Assembly (NCBI GenBank): GCA_013239625.1
Contig: MU054400.1
Location: forward strand, 3,907,802 to 3,971,801
Source: Lama guanicoe
Lineage: Eukaryota
Length of the DNA: 64,000 nt
Reading direction: 5' to 3'
Of the stretch, positions 49,461 to 62,092 are shown piece by piece (position 1 is the stretch's first letter; each line of letters begins with the position of its first letter). The notes beneath the pieces were generated by a model. That model saw only the letters and a list, made by a program, of their open reading frames with translations, had not been told where the DNA came from and made no database searches. Made by a program: the position numbers and the translations under genes.

Positions 49461-51189
49461 GTAAATAAACAAAACAAATCAAAAGGCTGAGTGACTGCCT
49501 CTGGGCCACATAGCAAGCTGTCCTGGGACCCCACGTCTTTGCCTTTCTGAAGACACATGCAGGAGATGAGACAGGGAGAGAGGATTCACACACGAGGAGC
49601 TAATACGGACCTGTGCCAAATGGGCACTAGAGGGTGCAGGAGTGACCTTTAGTCTCCCTTGCTTCCAACTCTGTTTTGCCTCTTCTCTTCCACAAATTAT
49701 GCCCACAAGGAAAATCAAGGAGTTCCCTCAAAGCAGGAAAGCTCTTTACCTGAGTGGTAGTGAGGGAAAAGAGGACATACTTGACTAGGAAACATTTTCA
49801 AATGCTTTGTGCCCACACCAAGGGCTCACAGGGTTGTATGAACACAGGGACCATCATTCCCCTTGCTCAAACTGCATTTCAGAAGGTACTGCTGACAAGT
49901 GACCACAATGGGAACGGGAAGGTCCCTGGAGTTTCACAGAACCAAGCCACATACCCCACATCTAATGGCAGGTGACATATGCATGAGGGTCCACCTTCGG
50001 GTGGAGATGGCACAGGGACCCCCGGGTCCAGCTTCTTGGACTATGAATTTCTCTCTTTCACCAGGTTTTTTGTCATATTCCCAAAAGCAGCTTCCATGGC
50101 AGGTTTTAATACTGAAAACTGTGTTCTTCTACATCTAAAAACTTTCTTTAGCCCTGGGAGCCTGAGATGAAATTAGCCTGTTCTTTTCCTGGGGTCACAG
50201 GAGCAGGCTTGGATTTCTTTAGGAGGCTAAGGGGCAGTTTAGGGACTTGTGACAGTTGCCTCCTCAGGGTTCCGGTGAATCAGGCTCTGTTCCTTGCCAG
50301 GAAGGATGGGGTCTGGGATGGGGCTGATTATTAATAACAAATTTAGAGGAAAGACAATTCAGTGTTGGAGAGAATGTGGGCGGACAGTGACAAGAGGCAT
50401 TTCCCTCTGTAGGGATTCATGATCTATCTACCTACTCTGCTTTCTGTAATTTACATCTGTGGCAGGATAATTTACTAAGCTGCTGTCTCCTTCTTGTTAG
50501 GGGAGACTCCAGAGGTTGAAAGCTAATTTGAAAAGCTATTTTGCCCTCCTCTCTTGCAGGAAGTTCTGTTTTTCTGGTCTCTGGGAGGGTTAATGGTTTT
50601 TTAAGTTTCTTGACCCTATACTAAAGTTCCAGGTGTTTCTGGAGAGGGAGGGCTGAGTGGGGATCTTGGCTTGATGGGGGAGGAATTGCCCAAGGTGTAC
50701 AGTGGCTGCAGGGACAAGAGGAAGGGAAATGGAGATGAATCCCACCAGGGGCAGAGTCCTTCTGTGTCTGAGAGTTCACCTGGGCAGCTGACTTCTGACA
50801 GGGTGAGCTGGTGTGCTTGCTGGAAGTACCATACGGAGCACCAGTCTCCAGCCTCGGGATGGGGATGGCGCCATTTGGATGTTAGTGGCAGAAGACACGA
50901 TTTATGGGCTTAGACAAGAAAGAGGAAGTATTGATTCATGTAACTGACAAGTCTGGGATTAGGGCTGCAATTAAGAGCTCACTTGAAGTCATCAAGATGC
51001 AGTTGGCCTCTAATTCTTGGCCATATTCATCTGAGTTTCTTCATTCTCAGGCTTCACATGGTAAAATTCTGCAAGCCAACAACCTCAGAGGCAGATTCCC
51101 CGGTTTCAGTTACAGTGGAAAGTGTGCCTCCACCACACATTACACGTTGCAGTTCCTGTGATGTCTCTCTGCTCCTTATTGGCTGTACT

Positions 51190-51330
51190 TTAGGGTTGCC
51201 AGATTTAACAAATAAATATATGGGATACTCAGCTATTTTTTTATTTCTAATTATCAGTGAGATTAAAAAATATTGCATTGGACATACTTATACTATTTGT
51301 TGTTTATATTAAATAAATGTACCTAACTTA
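51190..51330. mobile_element. MER53-like hAT MITE
   Basis: 'tagggttgccagatttaacaaataaa.ata..ggatac.cag' and 'aatattgcat.ggacatacttatacta..tgttgtttat'. Confidence 0.8.
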
Positions 51331-51726
51331 CATACCTCTTTTGTTACTTATATTTCTCTGGTGATTTGACTTTCTGTAATAGTTCCTTGTTTTGCAGAAT
51401 TTGCTTATGAAATTAGTCATAGTTATAGTCTTTGTTCTATTTACACTGTAACATAGCTTATATAGTGGTCACATCCAACTTATGTCATTCTTTTATCCAC
51501 TGAATATTCATTAGTAAGAAAATACACTCAGTATGAACATTATGAGCCGATATATTGACCACGCACTTGCATAAAGTTAACAATTCTAAGAGTCGCTCTT
51601 CAAATTTATCTGTTTAAATACATAATGACATTTTTTCATGGCATATCTTGCTTATCCATTCTTCAGGATTACATTTGTATCTCTTGATTAGCAACTTTTA
51701 AAGGAATTGTTATCCCCCTTTTACTT

Positions 51727-52174
51727 TTTAACTTTAACTTTTAAATTGAAGTATAGTTGATTTACAATATTATATTAATTTCAGGTGTGCAGCATAGTGA
51801 TCCAGTATTTTCACAGTGCATACTCAGAGTTATTGTAAGATAATGGCTATAATTTCCTGTGCTATACAATATGTCCTTGTTGCTTCTCTATTGTATACAT
51901 GGTAGATTGTGTCTGTTAATCCCATACCCCTAACGTGTCTCTCCTCATTTCTCCCTCCCCACAGATGTAATTTGTTTTCTATACCTGTGAGTCTATTTCT
52001 GTTTTGCCAGATAATTTCATTTGTACTATGTTTTAGATTCATACAGTATTTGTCTTTTTTTGTCTGACTGACTTCACTTAGTATGATAATCTCTAGGGCC
52101 ATCCATGTTGCTGCAAATGGCATTATTTCATTTTTTATGGCTAAGTAGGATTCTGTTTTATATATATATATATG

Positions 52175-52214
<40 letters not shown>

Positions 52215-52622
52215 CACACCACATCTTTATCCATTTATCTGTCGATGAACATTTGGGTTGCTTCCATGTCTTGGCTTTTGTAAATAGTGCTGCTGTGAAC
52301 ATTGGGATACATGTATCTTTTTGAATTAGTGTTTTTATCTTTTCTGGATATATACCCAGGAGTAGGAATGCTGGATCATATGGTAAGTCTATTTTTAGTT
52401 TTTTAAGGAAGCTCCATACTGTTTTCCATAGTGGCTGCACCAGTTTACATTCCCAGCAACAGTGTAGGAGGGTTCCCTTTTCTCCCCACTCTCTCCACTA
52501 ATTATTATTTGTAGACTTTTGGATGATGGCCATTCTGACTGGTTTGTGAGGTGATATCTCATTGTAGTTTTGATTTTCATTTCTTTACTAATAAGTGATG
52601 TTGAGCATCTTTTCATGTGCAG
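51727..52622 (-). mobile_element. 5'-truncated LINE-1 (frameshifted ORF2 C-terminus plus 3' UTR), including (TA)n(TG)n at ~52159-52212
   Basis: Minus ORFs [55 protein letters not shown] and IMPFAATWMALEIIILSEVSQ are consecutive L1 ORF2 segments. Confidence 0.95.
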
Positions 52623-52789
52623 CTCTTTCTAATTGATAGTGGTTACTAGTTCATGACTTGGAACTTTGGCCAAACAACAGTGTCATCCTTTCTTAAATAT
52701 GAAAAAATGTGTACTTCCATTTCTCACTCTGTTTTCGGTTGTCCCTCAGCCAAACCTGCAGAGGAGATCAAAAGATATTGTCCTCCCCT

Positions 52790-53380
52790 ATTACCTTTCC
52801 TTTTTAGAGTTTTCCAGGCTATTACTTACTTTTTCTACATTAACTTTAGAATTAGCCTATCTAGCTTCAAAACAAAGCCAAGCAAAACAAAACAGAGACC
52901 AAAACCTGTAGTGTGTTCACTGAGGTTACACTGAATTTACGACTTAACTCTGGAGGGGAGTCATCCTTGTGATGCTGTGTCTGCCTTCCTAAGAAAGTGC
53001 TATGTCTCTCAGTGTTCTCCACAGCTTTTGTTTTGTACCTTAATGGTGTTTTAATGTTTTCCTAAACATAACCCACATTTAAAAATTAACTTTATTCTTA
53101 CATATTCAATCTTTTTAGTTGCCATCATAGTTTTTTATTTAATCTCCCAACTGCATTGTTTGTGTATTTGAAAACCATTGATTTCTGTATAGTAATTTTA
53201 TATCCCACCACTTTATTCTTTTATTATTTATAATAATTGCTATGTTGATAATCATGTGTTATTCAGATACATAATCATAACCTCTGCATATATATTGATA
53301 GTTTCCCTACTCTTTCCAACTTCTCTTATTTAATTACACTGGTGAATACTGCTAATGCAGAGAGACTTATTATTGGTAAT
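52790..53380 (-). mobile_element. old diverged LINE-1 fragment
   Basis: 'attaactttagaattagc.tatctag.ttc', 'ccattgatttctgtata.taattttatatcc'. Confidence 0.5.
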
Positions 53381-53389
53381 AGCAGGTGT

Positions 53390-53580
53390 AACTGTTACCT
53401 ATGGCCACTATAATCTTATAGAACAAACTATCCCAAAACCTTATGGCTTAAAACAGCAATCAGGGCTGCTCACAGGTCGACAAGTTGTCTGACAGTTCTA
53501 GGTAGGCTGGGTTCCACTATGTGTTTTTAGTTGACACAGGTCAGATGGTCTAAGATGGCCTCATCTGGGAAACTTTACAT
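53390..53580 (-). mobile_element. MaLR LTR fragment (MLT1F/H-like)
   Basis: 'aacaaactatcccaaaacc.tatggcttaaaaca', 'tggtctaagatggcctca'. Confidence 0.55.
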
Positions 53581-55435
53581 GTAACTTTGGCCTCTTTGGG
53601 GCCAAAGGTGTGGCCCATTTATTTTGTACCAAGGATTGGCCCGTGACTTGGTAGATGTTTGTGGAGGAATGAATGAATGAGGTCCGTTTACTAAAAACGA
53701 GTGATTCTGATACCCTTGAGGAGGCCAAATGGGTCTAACCAGTTCTCCTGTGAACTAAACTCTCACAGTTGCTACGTAGAACTTGGCTTTGCTAGAGAAC
53801 TAAGCTAAACCTACTGGCAGCATGAGCTGCTAATGTGTACAGCTCTGTTACCTGGCTCTGAAGCGCTCAACCTCTGCCAAAAAGATGAGGTCACACACTG
53901 AAACATTTTCAATCTTCAAAAATGTTTTGTCTGTAAAAAATATCTTAAAGATTTTGAGGGTTGTTACAGGCAGAGCTGAAGCCAGTGCATTTTCCGTTTC
54001 AGGCATCTTCTCTGTGAGTGCAAATAAGCTTCCAAGATGTTTCTCTCCACTTAACAATTTTTGCTTCTGGGATAGAAAATGGACAGAGAAAACGGTGTTG
54101 TTGGAGGTATTTGCATTAAAGGAATAAGCCAGATACATGTTCTACTCTCCACATCAAATGCACAGAATCTCCAAAACTAAAAACTTGAATACATTAATAA
54201 GACAAACTCTTGCTTAAATTACTAATTGTCCTTGCATTGCCCAGTGTGTTTGGCAAATGGATGGTTAAGGAAAACTGTTCACCTTTTGATAGCAGGGGTC
54301 AAGGGTCTCCTGGGATCTTGTTGGGCTCCACCAGATCTCATACAGGACGTGGAGGTTAGTTCATTTCCTTCCTTAATTCCATCCCCATGTGACATGTCTG
54401 GAGACAGTTTTATGTGATCTGCATGTGTGTGTGGGTAAAAGAACAATTATGGCTTGAGATGCGTAAGGACTCATGTAAATAGGGTTAACTCAGAAATCAA
54501 AATAACACAATAACTTAAAGATATGAATTACCACATAAAATTAGTCTATTAGTGTGGAATCACCTATGCCATAGGGAATGAAGGTCTTGAGATATTTTAA
54601 AATTTCTAACTTATACATCAGATTTACTTTTGAGATTATATGTGAACTGCAGGCTCTGTGATTTAGTAAAAAAAAAAAATTAGACTAAAAGAACATTAAG
54701 AATTACAATGATCTCCCTCTTGACATGTGTGAATTAGGGCTTGCTTCGTGGGTAGCAAAAGGGGGTAATAGTGAAATGGTTCATTCAGTTTGAGGAATGA
54801 AGAGAGGCCAAAAGTGAGAAAAGGCATCATGAAGTCAAAGAGAAGAAAACCAAGGCTAGAATGGAGAGTAGCGTGTGAAGCAGGTGGGAAAGGTGGTTCC
54901 AGGTGAATAGGGAACAGTGGTGCCAGGATGACATCTGGTGGAGGTGGCATGGGAGAAGGCTCTCGTGTGGCCTTGACAGCAGGGCTTAGCATAGGGCCGG
55001 ATGCAGTAAAGGAAATGAGTAGGAGCAGATAGCTATTCATCGACAGTTGTTTCTCAAGTATGTAGTAGTAGAGAGGCACCTGGAATTCAAGGCATACGTT
55101 ACCAGCATTAGGTATGGTCTTAAAGTGCTAAACTGGCAGTTGAAAATGGCATTCATTTTTACCTGGTATGCATAAATTGATTATTTTTGAACATTTTCTC
55201 ATATATTTGCTTATAATTTATTTTTACATGAATTATCTATAATTTTTTTCTGCTTGTTTTTGGTCGGTACTGGACAGAATTTATTTTTAGAATGGAAGTA
55301 GCTTTATTATCTTTGCCAATAGTAAATAAAATAATAAAAAAATTATACATCTACCTTATAAAAATTCAGACTTTCATCAAAGGGTAAAGAAAGAAAAGTC
55401 AATCATAGTCCCACCAGAGAATAAATATTTTTCTT

Positions 55436-55460
55436 AATAATAATAATAATAATAATAATA
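55436..55460. repeat. (TAA)n microsatellite
   Basis: Directly visible. Confidence 0.9.
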
Positions 55461-55519
55461 TATCATTATTGTTTTAAATAACTATTTCCATAATGTTTAT
55501 GAAAATTAGACTTAATCAA

Positions 55520-55630
55520 TCATTTTTTTCATTTTGGCAAAATATACATAACATAAAATTTATGATTTCAGTCATTTTTGAATGTAACATTCAGGAGCAT
55601 TAAGTATATTCACACCATAGTGCAAACATG
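55520..55630 (-). mobile_element. LINE-1 3' terminus (L1MB-like)
   Basis: 'ggcaaaatatacataacataaaattta..att..agtcattttt.aatgta.cattcag..gcattaagtatattcaca'. Confidence 0.75.
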
Positions 55631-55807
55631 CTATGTTTCCTCCAAATTGTTTCACTTACACTGACAGCTTCTCATGTAAAACATAAAGGCACAGCTCTTT
55701 AAAGACTCCCTCGTGTTGCGTTATAAGGTTGGCCTTGTGATGTTTCTAATGTTTTTAGCTGTTAAAAACCATGTGTGTGATGAACATTCTTATTTCATTA
55801 CTTATAC

Positions 55808-55990
55808 TTTTTTTAAACTTTATTTTTTATTGAAGTGTAGTTGATTTACAATGTTAGTTTCAGGTATAAAGCAAAGCGATTCAGTTATACATATATATAC
55901 ATATATTTTCAGATTCTTTTCCACTGTAGCTTATTATCATAAATTGAATATAGTTCCCTCTGCTATACAGTAGGTCCTTGTTGTTTATCA
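55808..55990 (-). mobile_element. lineage-specific LINE-1 3' terminus
   Basis: 'tttattgaagtgtagttgatttacaatgttagtttcaggtata.agcaaag.gattcagttata', 'atagttccct.tgctatacagtaggtccttgttg'. Confidence 0.9.
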
Positions 55991-56966
55991 TTCCTTGTAT
56001 ATTTTTGCAAACCTGTCTATTTATTTTTAGATGAGCCCCTAGAAGGTGAAAGGCTGGAGTGAACAGTAGTCACATTTATAATACATTTGACACATATTAT
56101 CAGATTGGCTTTCAGAAATGCCATACCAATTACACTCCTATCAGCAGTAAATGAGAGTATGGGATAATATTTTATTGATTTTTGTATGCTTTTTTTGGTG
56201 TTTGAATTTTTTATAGAGTAAATGTTATTAAACCATTATCTGTCATACACTTGCACTGCAAATATATCACTAATTTGTTTTCTGACTTTTACATTTGCTT
56301 TTTCCTCTAGTTTTAAACACTTATCTACCTAGAATTTATTCTGATATACAGTTTGAGAAAATAAGTCAAATTGACCCGCCTTCTACACACAAATTGCTAA
56401 GCAATTGTTACAAAATTTATTAAATACTCCATTCCCCACTTGATTTGTGGTGCCTACTTTATCACACATTTTGTTGAGAAAATGACCCTACTTTCAGTAT
56501 GTAATAACACAAAGCAAGTTTCCTATTAAATTGTTTAATATTTTTGTTTTGTCCTCATGCCAGATGTTTCACATTGTTAAAGTTTATTGCGTTGTCTACT
56601 TCTGTTTTATTGTATTCCAAGGATATTATTATTCCTCTCAGGGAACAGTCAAATTTCATCATGGACATTGATGGTAAAATAGGGTTTGCTTCAGTTAACT
56701 ACCTCATCATCGTAGTTTCTGGCAGTACTCTTGCATGAGTGAGAGGTGAGAGAGACACTGTGGTCTAATGATGTAGAAGACTTAAAATAACTTGGATGAA
56801 TGCAGTTATAGTTCTTATCTATTCAACACTGCTCTTGAATAAATTATTTATACTAAGCAGCAGGATTACTAATAAGTAATGATAATACAGCAATGTTTCC
56901 ACTGAATTATATGGTCTGTTTGTGTTGGTTGATATTTTGTTGTCCATTCATCTATTGTCTGTCCGC

Positions 56967-57011
56967 CCATCCATCTACTCACCCATCCATCTCTCCATCC
57001 ATCCATCCATC
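56967..57011. repeat. (CCAT)n degenerate tetranucleotide repeat
   Basis: Directly visible. Confidence 0.85.
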
Positions 57012-57094
57012 TATTCTCTACCTACTTCCCAAAATAACTCAAGGTGGTCTCGATATATTGACAGGTTTTTTTAACTATGGTCTGTAGGTGTTTG

Positions 57095-57250
57095 TATTAG
57101 AATAACTCCAGGTGCTCTTTCAAAATGTAGATTCTTGAGCTCCACCACAAACCAACTAACTCAGAATCTCTAGAGGGCAGTGCCTGGGCAGCTGCATCCA
57201 GACTCCCCTACACCATGTGATTCTGGTACCCCCACATTTGTGAACACCAG
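57095..57250. mobile_element. hAT-Charlie MER5-like MITE
   Basis: 'aaaatgtagattcttgagctccacc.ca.accaactaactcagaatctct', 'gtgattctg..ac..cacatttg.gaac'. Confidence 0.7.
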
Positions 57251-57687
57251 AGACACTGGGGTGTTGGAGTGTGAAAATTTGATCCTCCAACCAAGTTAAT
57301 TAATCTCTGTATGGAACACAGCAGTTTTCTAATTCTGTGGCTATTTTTCAACCATTTGTTGTTTTTCATTACTGAGAGTCATGTGAAAAATGTTCCCCAC
57401 CCTCATATGTTATTACATAGCTTTGGAAATCCCTTCATCCCAATCCAGGGTTTTTCTCTAAGAAAAGAAACAATGTAGGGCAGGAAAACATCTGAATAGC
57501 AACACACATTTATTTTCCAAGACAAGTTTTGAAGGAAATTGTCAGGTGTTCTCAAAAGCAACACTTCCGCCCTAAAGGCAAAGGATGAAAACTTGGATCT
57601 TTTGAGCCTCCTAATCCCACTGGAAGAACTCGATATGTGCACTTTATGAGAGGGTTCTGTGGGTCTTTTCCTGACTCACACGGTAAG

Positions 57688-57830
57688 AGTCATCTATGGG
57701 TAATTACCAAAGGTACAGATTCCAGAACTCTACCACAGAGATGCTCAACCAGAATCTCCAGGGGAGTGAACTGAGAATCGGATTTCAAACAAATACCCTG
57801 GATGGTTCTTATACTCAGGCAAATTTGCTT
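57688..57830. mobile_element. hAT-Charlie MER5-like MITE
   Basis: 'tacagattcc...ctctacc..agaga..ctcaaccagaatctccagggg...ctgagaatc...tttcaaacaaataccc..gatg.ttcttat'. Confidence 0.65.
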
Positions 57831-57834
57831 TCAG

Positions 57835-58050
57835 AGCTGGTTATATGTGGGTTTAAGTCCTTACTCTGTTACCTTAGCTTGGCTATCCTTGGCAAATTAC
57901 TGCTTAACTTCTCCAAGTCTCAGTTTCCCCATTTATAAAACTGAGATGCTTCTTTACTCAGGCATCTTATAAGAATGAAATGAACTAATAGTAGGTTAAA
58001 CTGCCAGCGCAGTTTCTGACATGTAGTCAGAGCTTAATATTTCTTACTTC
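57835..58050 (+). mobile_element. MIR
   Basis: 'ccttggcaaattac..cttaacttctccaagtctcagtttccccatttataaaactgagat'. Confidence 0.8.
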
Positions 58051-58204
58051 CCATCCTACACCCCTTGGAGTGATTATGCTTGTTCAAATCCTATTGACGT
58101 TTTAGGAATTTATGATTGCCCTTTATGCAAATAATCCAGATGAGCTTGCTGGCAGGGACGCATATGGCAAAACCACAGAAGAAAACTTCTCCCTGTAGAT
58201 CTGA

Positions 58205-58385
58205 GCTCTGTTTTTCAAACTGTGGTCCATGCATCTGAATCACCTATGACTTGCTTTAAAAATAATTAAATCAGTGAACTAAGTTCCTGGCTCTCATTCT
58301 GTGCTCATCAAGTCAGGAGCAGTGTCTGTGATCAGCTTTTTAAACAAGCTTAGTAATCCTTATATATCTGAAAGTTGAGAAGCAG
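58205..58385. mobile_element. hAT-Charlie MER5B-like MITE
   Basis: 'tgtttttcaaactgtggtcc..gcatc.gaatcacct', 'ttttaaacaagc', 'gaaagttgagaagca'. Confidence 0.6.
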
Positions 58386-59769
58386 GGAGAAAGAGCTTTT
58401 AACAGAAGGGCTTCCTTCCTGAGAGCCCCCAGAATGGGTGTCTGACATCCCAGCGTCTGAGCCATAGCCCATCTCATGTGTCAGCATCCTTCTTGGTAGG
58501 CAGTCTTCCTTGTCACTGTGGCTCCACTGCCCTTGTTCAGCTGTGCCTGGTCCTTGGATGTTCAGGGGACACCATCACTTCAGCTGAAGCAGAAAAGAAA
58601 CTTGATCTAACATTTCCTGCTATGCCTCTTTCTCAGTCTTCCTCCACCCTGTCTCCTGGCAGTGAGGGCTGTGACTTGTGCACAACTGCTGGGTTGTGTC
58701 ATCTCCAGTTGAAAGTGGTCCTTCTGGTAGTGTTGGCTGAGAAGACCGCCTTTGTTGAAAAGCTAAGCATCTAAGAAACGTGATTCTTAAAACAAAAATT
58801 CTACAAGTACAGCATGTCCTGAGGGCTGCTTTGCAGAAGTGACAGGTGGTGACTGGGCTGAGCCCAGAGATGTCTGAATGTTCCAAGAGCAAGTGTCCAG
58901 TTTTGGTCCCTCCTAACTCCTAGTTTCCCAATGATGTCAGCCTCCATGTCTGAATATAGGGAGCACCTCAGAGTCTAGATTTGTTCTACTTTCAGGGATG
59001 CTCAGCTTGTCTGCTGACCTCAAAATCAGGAGTCTCTGTTCCTTCAAAATCAAGCTCTTGGGCCTATGTTCTGGCTAATAACTAAGAGATGAGAGCAGGT
59101 GCCAGCCCAGAGATGGAACTTTGCCTCTGCCATGGCTGTGCACGTTGGCCAGGGGTCAGAAAAGCCCCACCCAGATCATGCTACAAGAGATCCAAGTAAG
59201 TGAGGGGCTGAGCTTCCCAGAACTTGGGGTGACCCTGAAGTTAGTGCTCAGGTTTGCAGTCCCAAGAGAGTCCGGGGGGAGGGTGGGGAAAGGCTCTGCA
59301 CTTATCTTAGAACATAGGTCACTCCTCCTCTGCCCTCTCTGAGTGGAAATAAAAAGTGATTGATGGCAAACAGTATTTGAACAGCATTCCTCATCCTGGC
59401 TTTCAATTAAAGAGATCTATGAAAGATCACTATTAACTCAGTTGGGTCTCCAAATGGCCCAAAATGACAACGGAAAATAAAAACAAAACACCAGCAGAGC
59501 TCCCCCCTTACCAAGTTTATCCATGCTAGCTCTCTATGCTGCTGCTTTTTATTTGATAACAGTTTATTCTAGTGTTAATAACTCTTGTATCCAAGGAACA
59601 CATGTTCTTGAGCCAAATGCCTTAACAAACTAATGATCCAAGTTTCTTGTGGATTATTTTTCAGGCATGAGAAATTAATTGTCCAAGCATCATCCCACGG
59701 TTCAGCCGGAGATTTAGCAAGCCTTCCGTAGAAAGTTGTCAAGGAAATCCCAGCTAGAGATGGCATCAC

Positions 59770-60110
59770 AGTGTGGGAGGCAGATCTGTGATGGAGCTTG
59801 GCATGCAGGATGTTTGTTACAGAGTGTCCTTTGGAAGGGGAAAGGGATCAGGAATGGGCAGAATGCAGGCACATGGCAGTCTCGCTGACTCCATGGGAGC
59901 TCTGGAGCTAGAATGGCCCTTCAGAGTTGCCCCAAGTTGGGCTAAGATGGATCAGTGATTGGATATGGGCCACCCCTTTGGAAGAGGCAGTCTGCAGCTG
60001 AGACGGTCCTGGGAGGGGCAGGTGATGAAGCCTTTGGGCCAACAGCACTCCCAGTGGCTGAGGCGGTTCCTTCCCTGAAGGGGGCCTGCTGGGCACATCT
60101 TTATGCCCAC
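59770..60110 (-). mobile_element. ancient ERVL-type LTR remnant
   Basis: 'gctgactccatgggagctctggagctagaatggcccttcagagttgcccc' resembles ERVL LTRs of the LTR33/40/41 group; subfamily and strand uncertain. Confidence 0.5.
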
Positions 60111-61518
60111 CATGGATGGTGCTCCATCCATGTGCCAATAACTCCTGCTAGTGTGATTTTTGCACTAGTCCCCACTTTGCATTGGGGGTCTCCCTCTTCC
60201 TCTCTCTCGTTCTTATCTTCTCTAGCTCTTCATCTTCTTCTCTCTCCTGCCATTCAAGATAATACTCTACTCAGCTTCTGCCATTAACATCTGTGTTCAC
60301 ATTCAGTGGCTCCAGCCACATTGGACCCTGGATTGAGAGTTGTTTTTTGAGTGCTGACCCAAATCTCTGCATTCAGCTTTACCGCCTTGGGAGTGTGTGC
60401 CATGCCCACACCTTCCTCTGACAAAGGCCATCATCCTTTCTGTGTGTCTCAGCCGCCTTCTACAAAAAGAGCACATGAAAACCAGGCTTCAATTTGAAAT
60501 AAGACAGCAAACTGGAGGCCACGTACTGTCTTCGATGCTTTAGCTTTGCCATTTCCCTTGGGAAAGCCTCTCAAGGTTCTATTGGGATCCATCCTCGAAT
60601 GTTTATATATTGCCTAGTTCCCAGTCTTTGGCCCTCCTAAAAGTGAGCTGGCTACCCATTAAGGGCCATGCAGCAGAGCTCACATCCATGAATTTTTTCA
60701 GGGAGTGTCACTAAGTGTCTTTTACTACCCGAGACCTGCAGATCCGAAAGGAATGGGCCTTCCTTAGCCCCTACCATTGTAGCCTCAGCCGTAACAGCTG
60801 CTTTGTATTTGCTGCTCAGATTCAGCTGAAACTCATCGGAAATCAGAGCTGATGAGGGCCTTAGTTCTGATGACTACGCTAACCTCATCTGATCAGGTTT
60901 CCATTGAGTCAGGCTGGCTGCTGAGTCCTTTGTCCTGTTGTTTCCTTGAGACCAATGTGGAATGGTGGTGCTTCATGAATAATCCGTGGGCATTCACCAG
61001 CTGCACACAGAAGGGCATTTCCACTGTGTCTTTGCCATGGAATTTTAGATGGTTCTGATGTAATTCATCAGTAATCTGGAAGAGCCGGGCTCTGATTTAA
61101 AGGATCTAGAGACCTTTGAGGGCCCTTTCAAGTTACCAAAGGGAAGGCACGCTATTAACTTAACTGTAAGTGGTCATAACAGGGATATTTTTCCCTGGAG
61201 AGTCTTTAATGTCACAGTTGGCAGTGCTACAGGGACAAAGCGTATATGAAGATACTTCTCAAATTATTTGAAGCGAGGGTTTATGCCAGCTTCTTTGGGT
61301 TCTTTTGGTTTCTGTTGTTGCCTTAATCACCAAGTGGTATGGGTTAAAACAAAAGCCATAATTAGATTGAACCCAGTTTGGGGGAAAAATTGGGCAACTC
61401 TTTGCTTAAACAGAAGCAGGTGGTGTTGGAATGCTCAGTGGAAGTGAGCTGTGAGGAGGGAATGCAGATTTTTTCATTGAAAACAGTTAAAATTACTTGT
61501 GATCTTTTGTGCCAGGCT

Positions 61519-61570
61519 GTATATATGTATATATCTTAATCATATATATATATATATTTATATATATAAA
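61519..61570. repeat. (TA)n-rich tract
   Basis: Directly visible. Confidence 0.9.
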
Positions 61571-62092
61571 TAAGGAATACATATGTATATCTCAGTTTCA
61601 GAAAAACTGTGATGGAAATGCAATATAGTTTTAATTAGAGAGTGATCTTTTGTGGTAAGGAGGGGGTGGGATTTTTTCTGTGTTTGTGCGTGTGTCTGTG
61701 TGAGCGAGAGAGAGAGAGAGCGTTTATTTTAAGGGTTGTTGTAAATAAAGATGTTCTCCTATTCCAGTTAGAAATGTGATTTTATTTGTACTCCATTCAG
61801 GAACTCATCTGTGCTAAAAGAAATGCCCTTAGTTTATGTAGCAAACTCTCACAATGGAAAGGGGATAGATGGAACGATTTGGCCAACACTTCATTGACTG
61901 CCTGGGATGGGAGAGCTGATTTGGTTGACAGGCAGGAATCCTATTCCTCCCTCCTCATTCTAGGGTTTCTCCTTCCTGCCTCCATGTGTTTGTTTCATAG
62001 AATTCTCTCAGAAGAGTAACATGTCTGTAGGAACAGGGAGTTAAGAGGGGGCCATAGCCTGACTGTGTGAAATGCCCAGTTTCCTCGAATGT

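Noticed and set aside
51830..52616. ORFs with clear protein similarity
   Set aside because: They are frameshifted LINE-1 ORF2 remnants, not a host gene or an active element
60828..60875. Hammerhead ribozyme (GAAAC plus CTGATGAG)
   Set aside because: Motif order and spacing leave no stem I and no NUH cleavage triplet; kept only as a low-interest structure note
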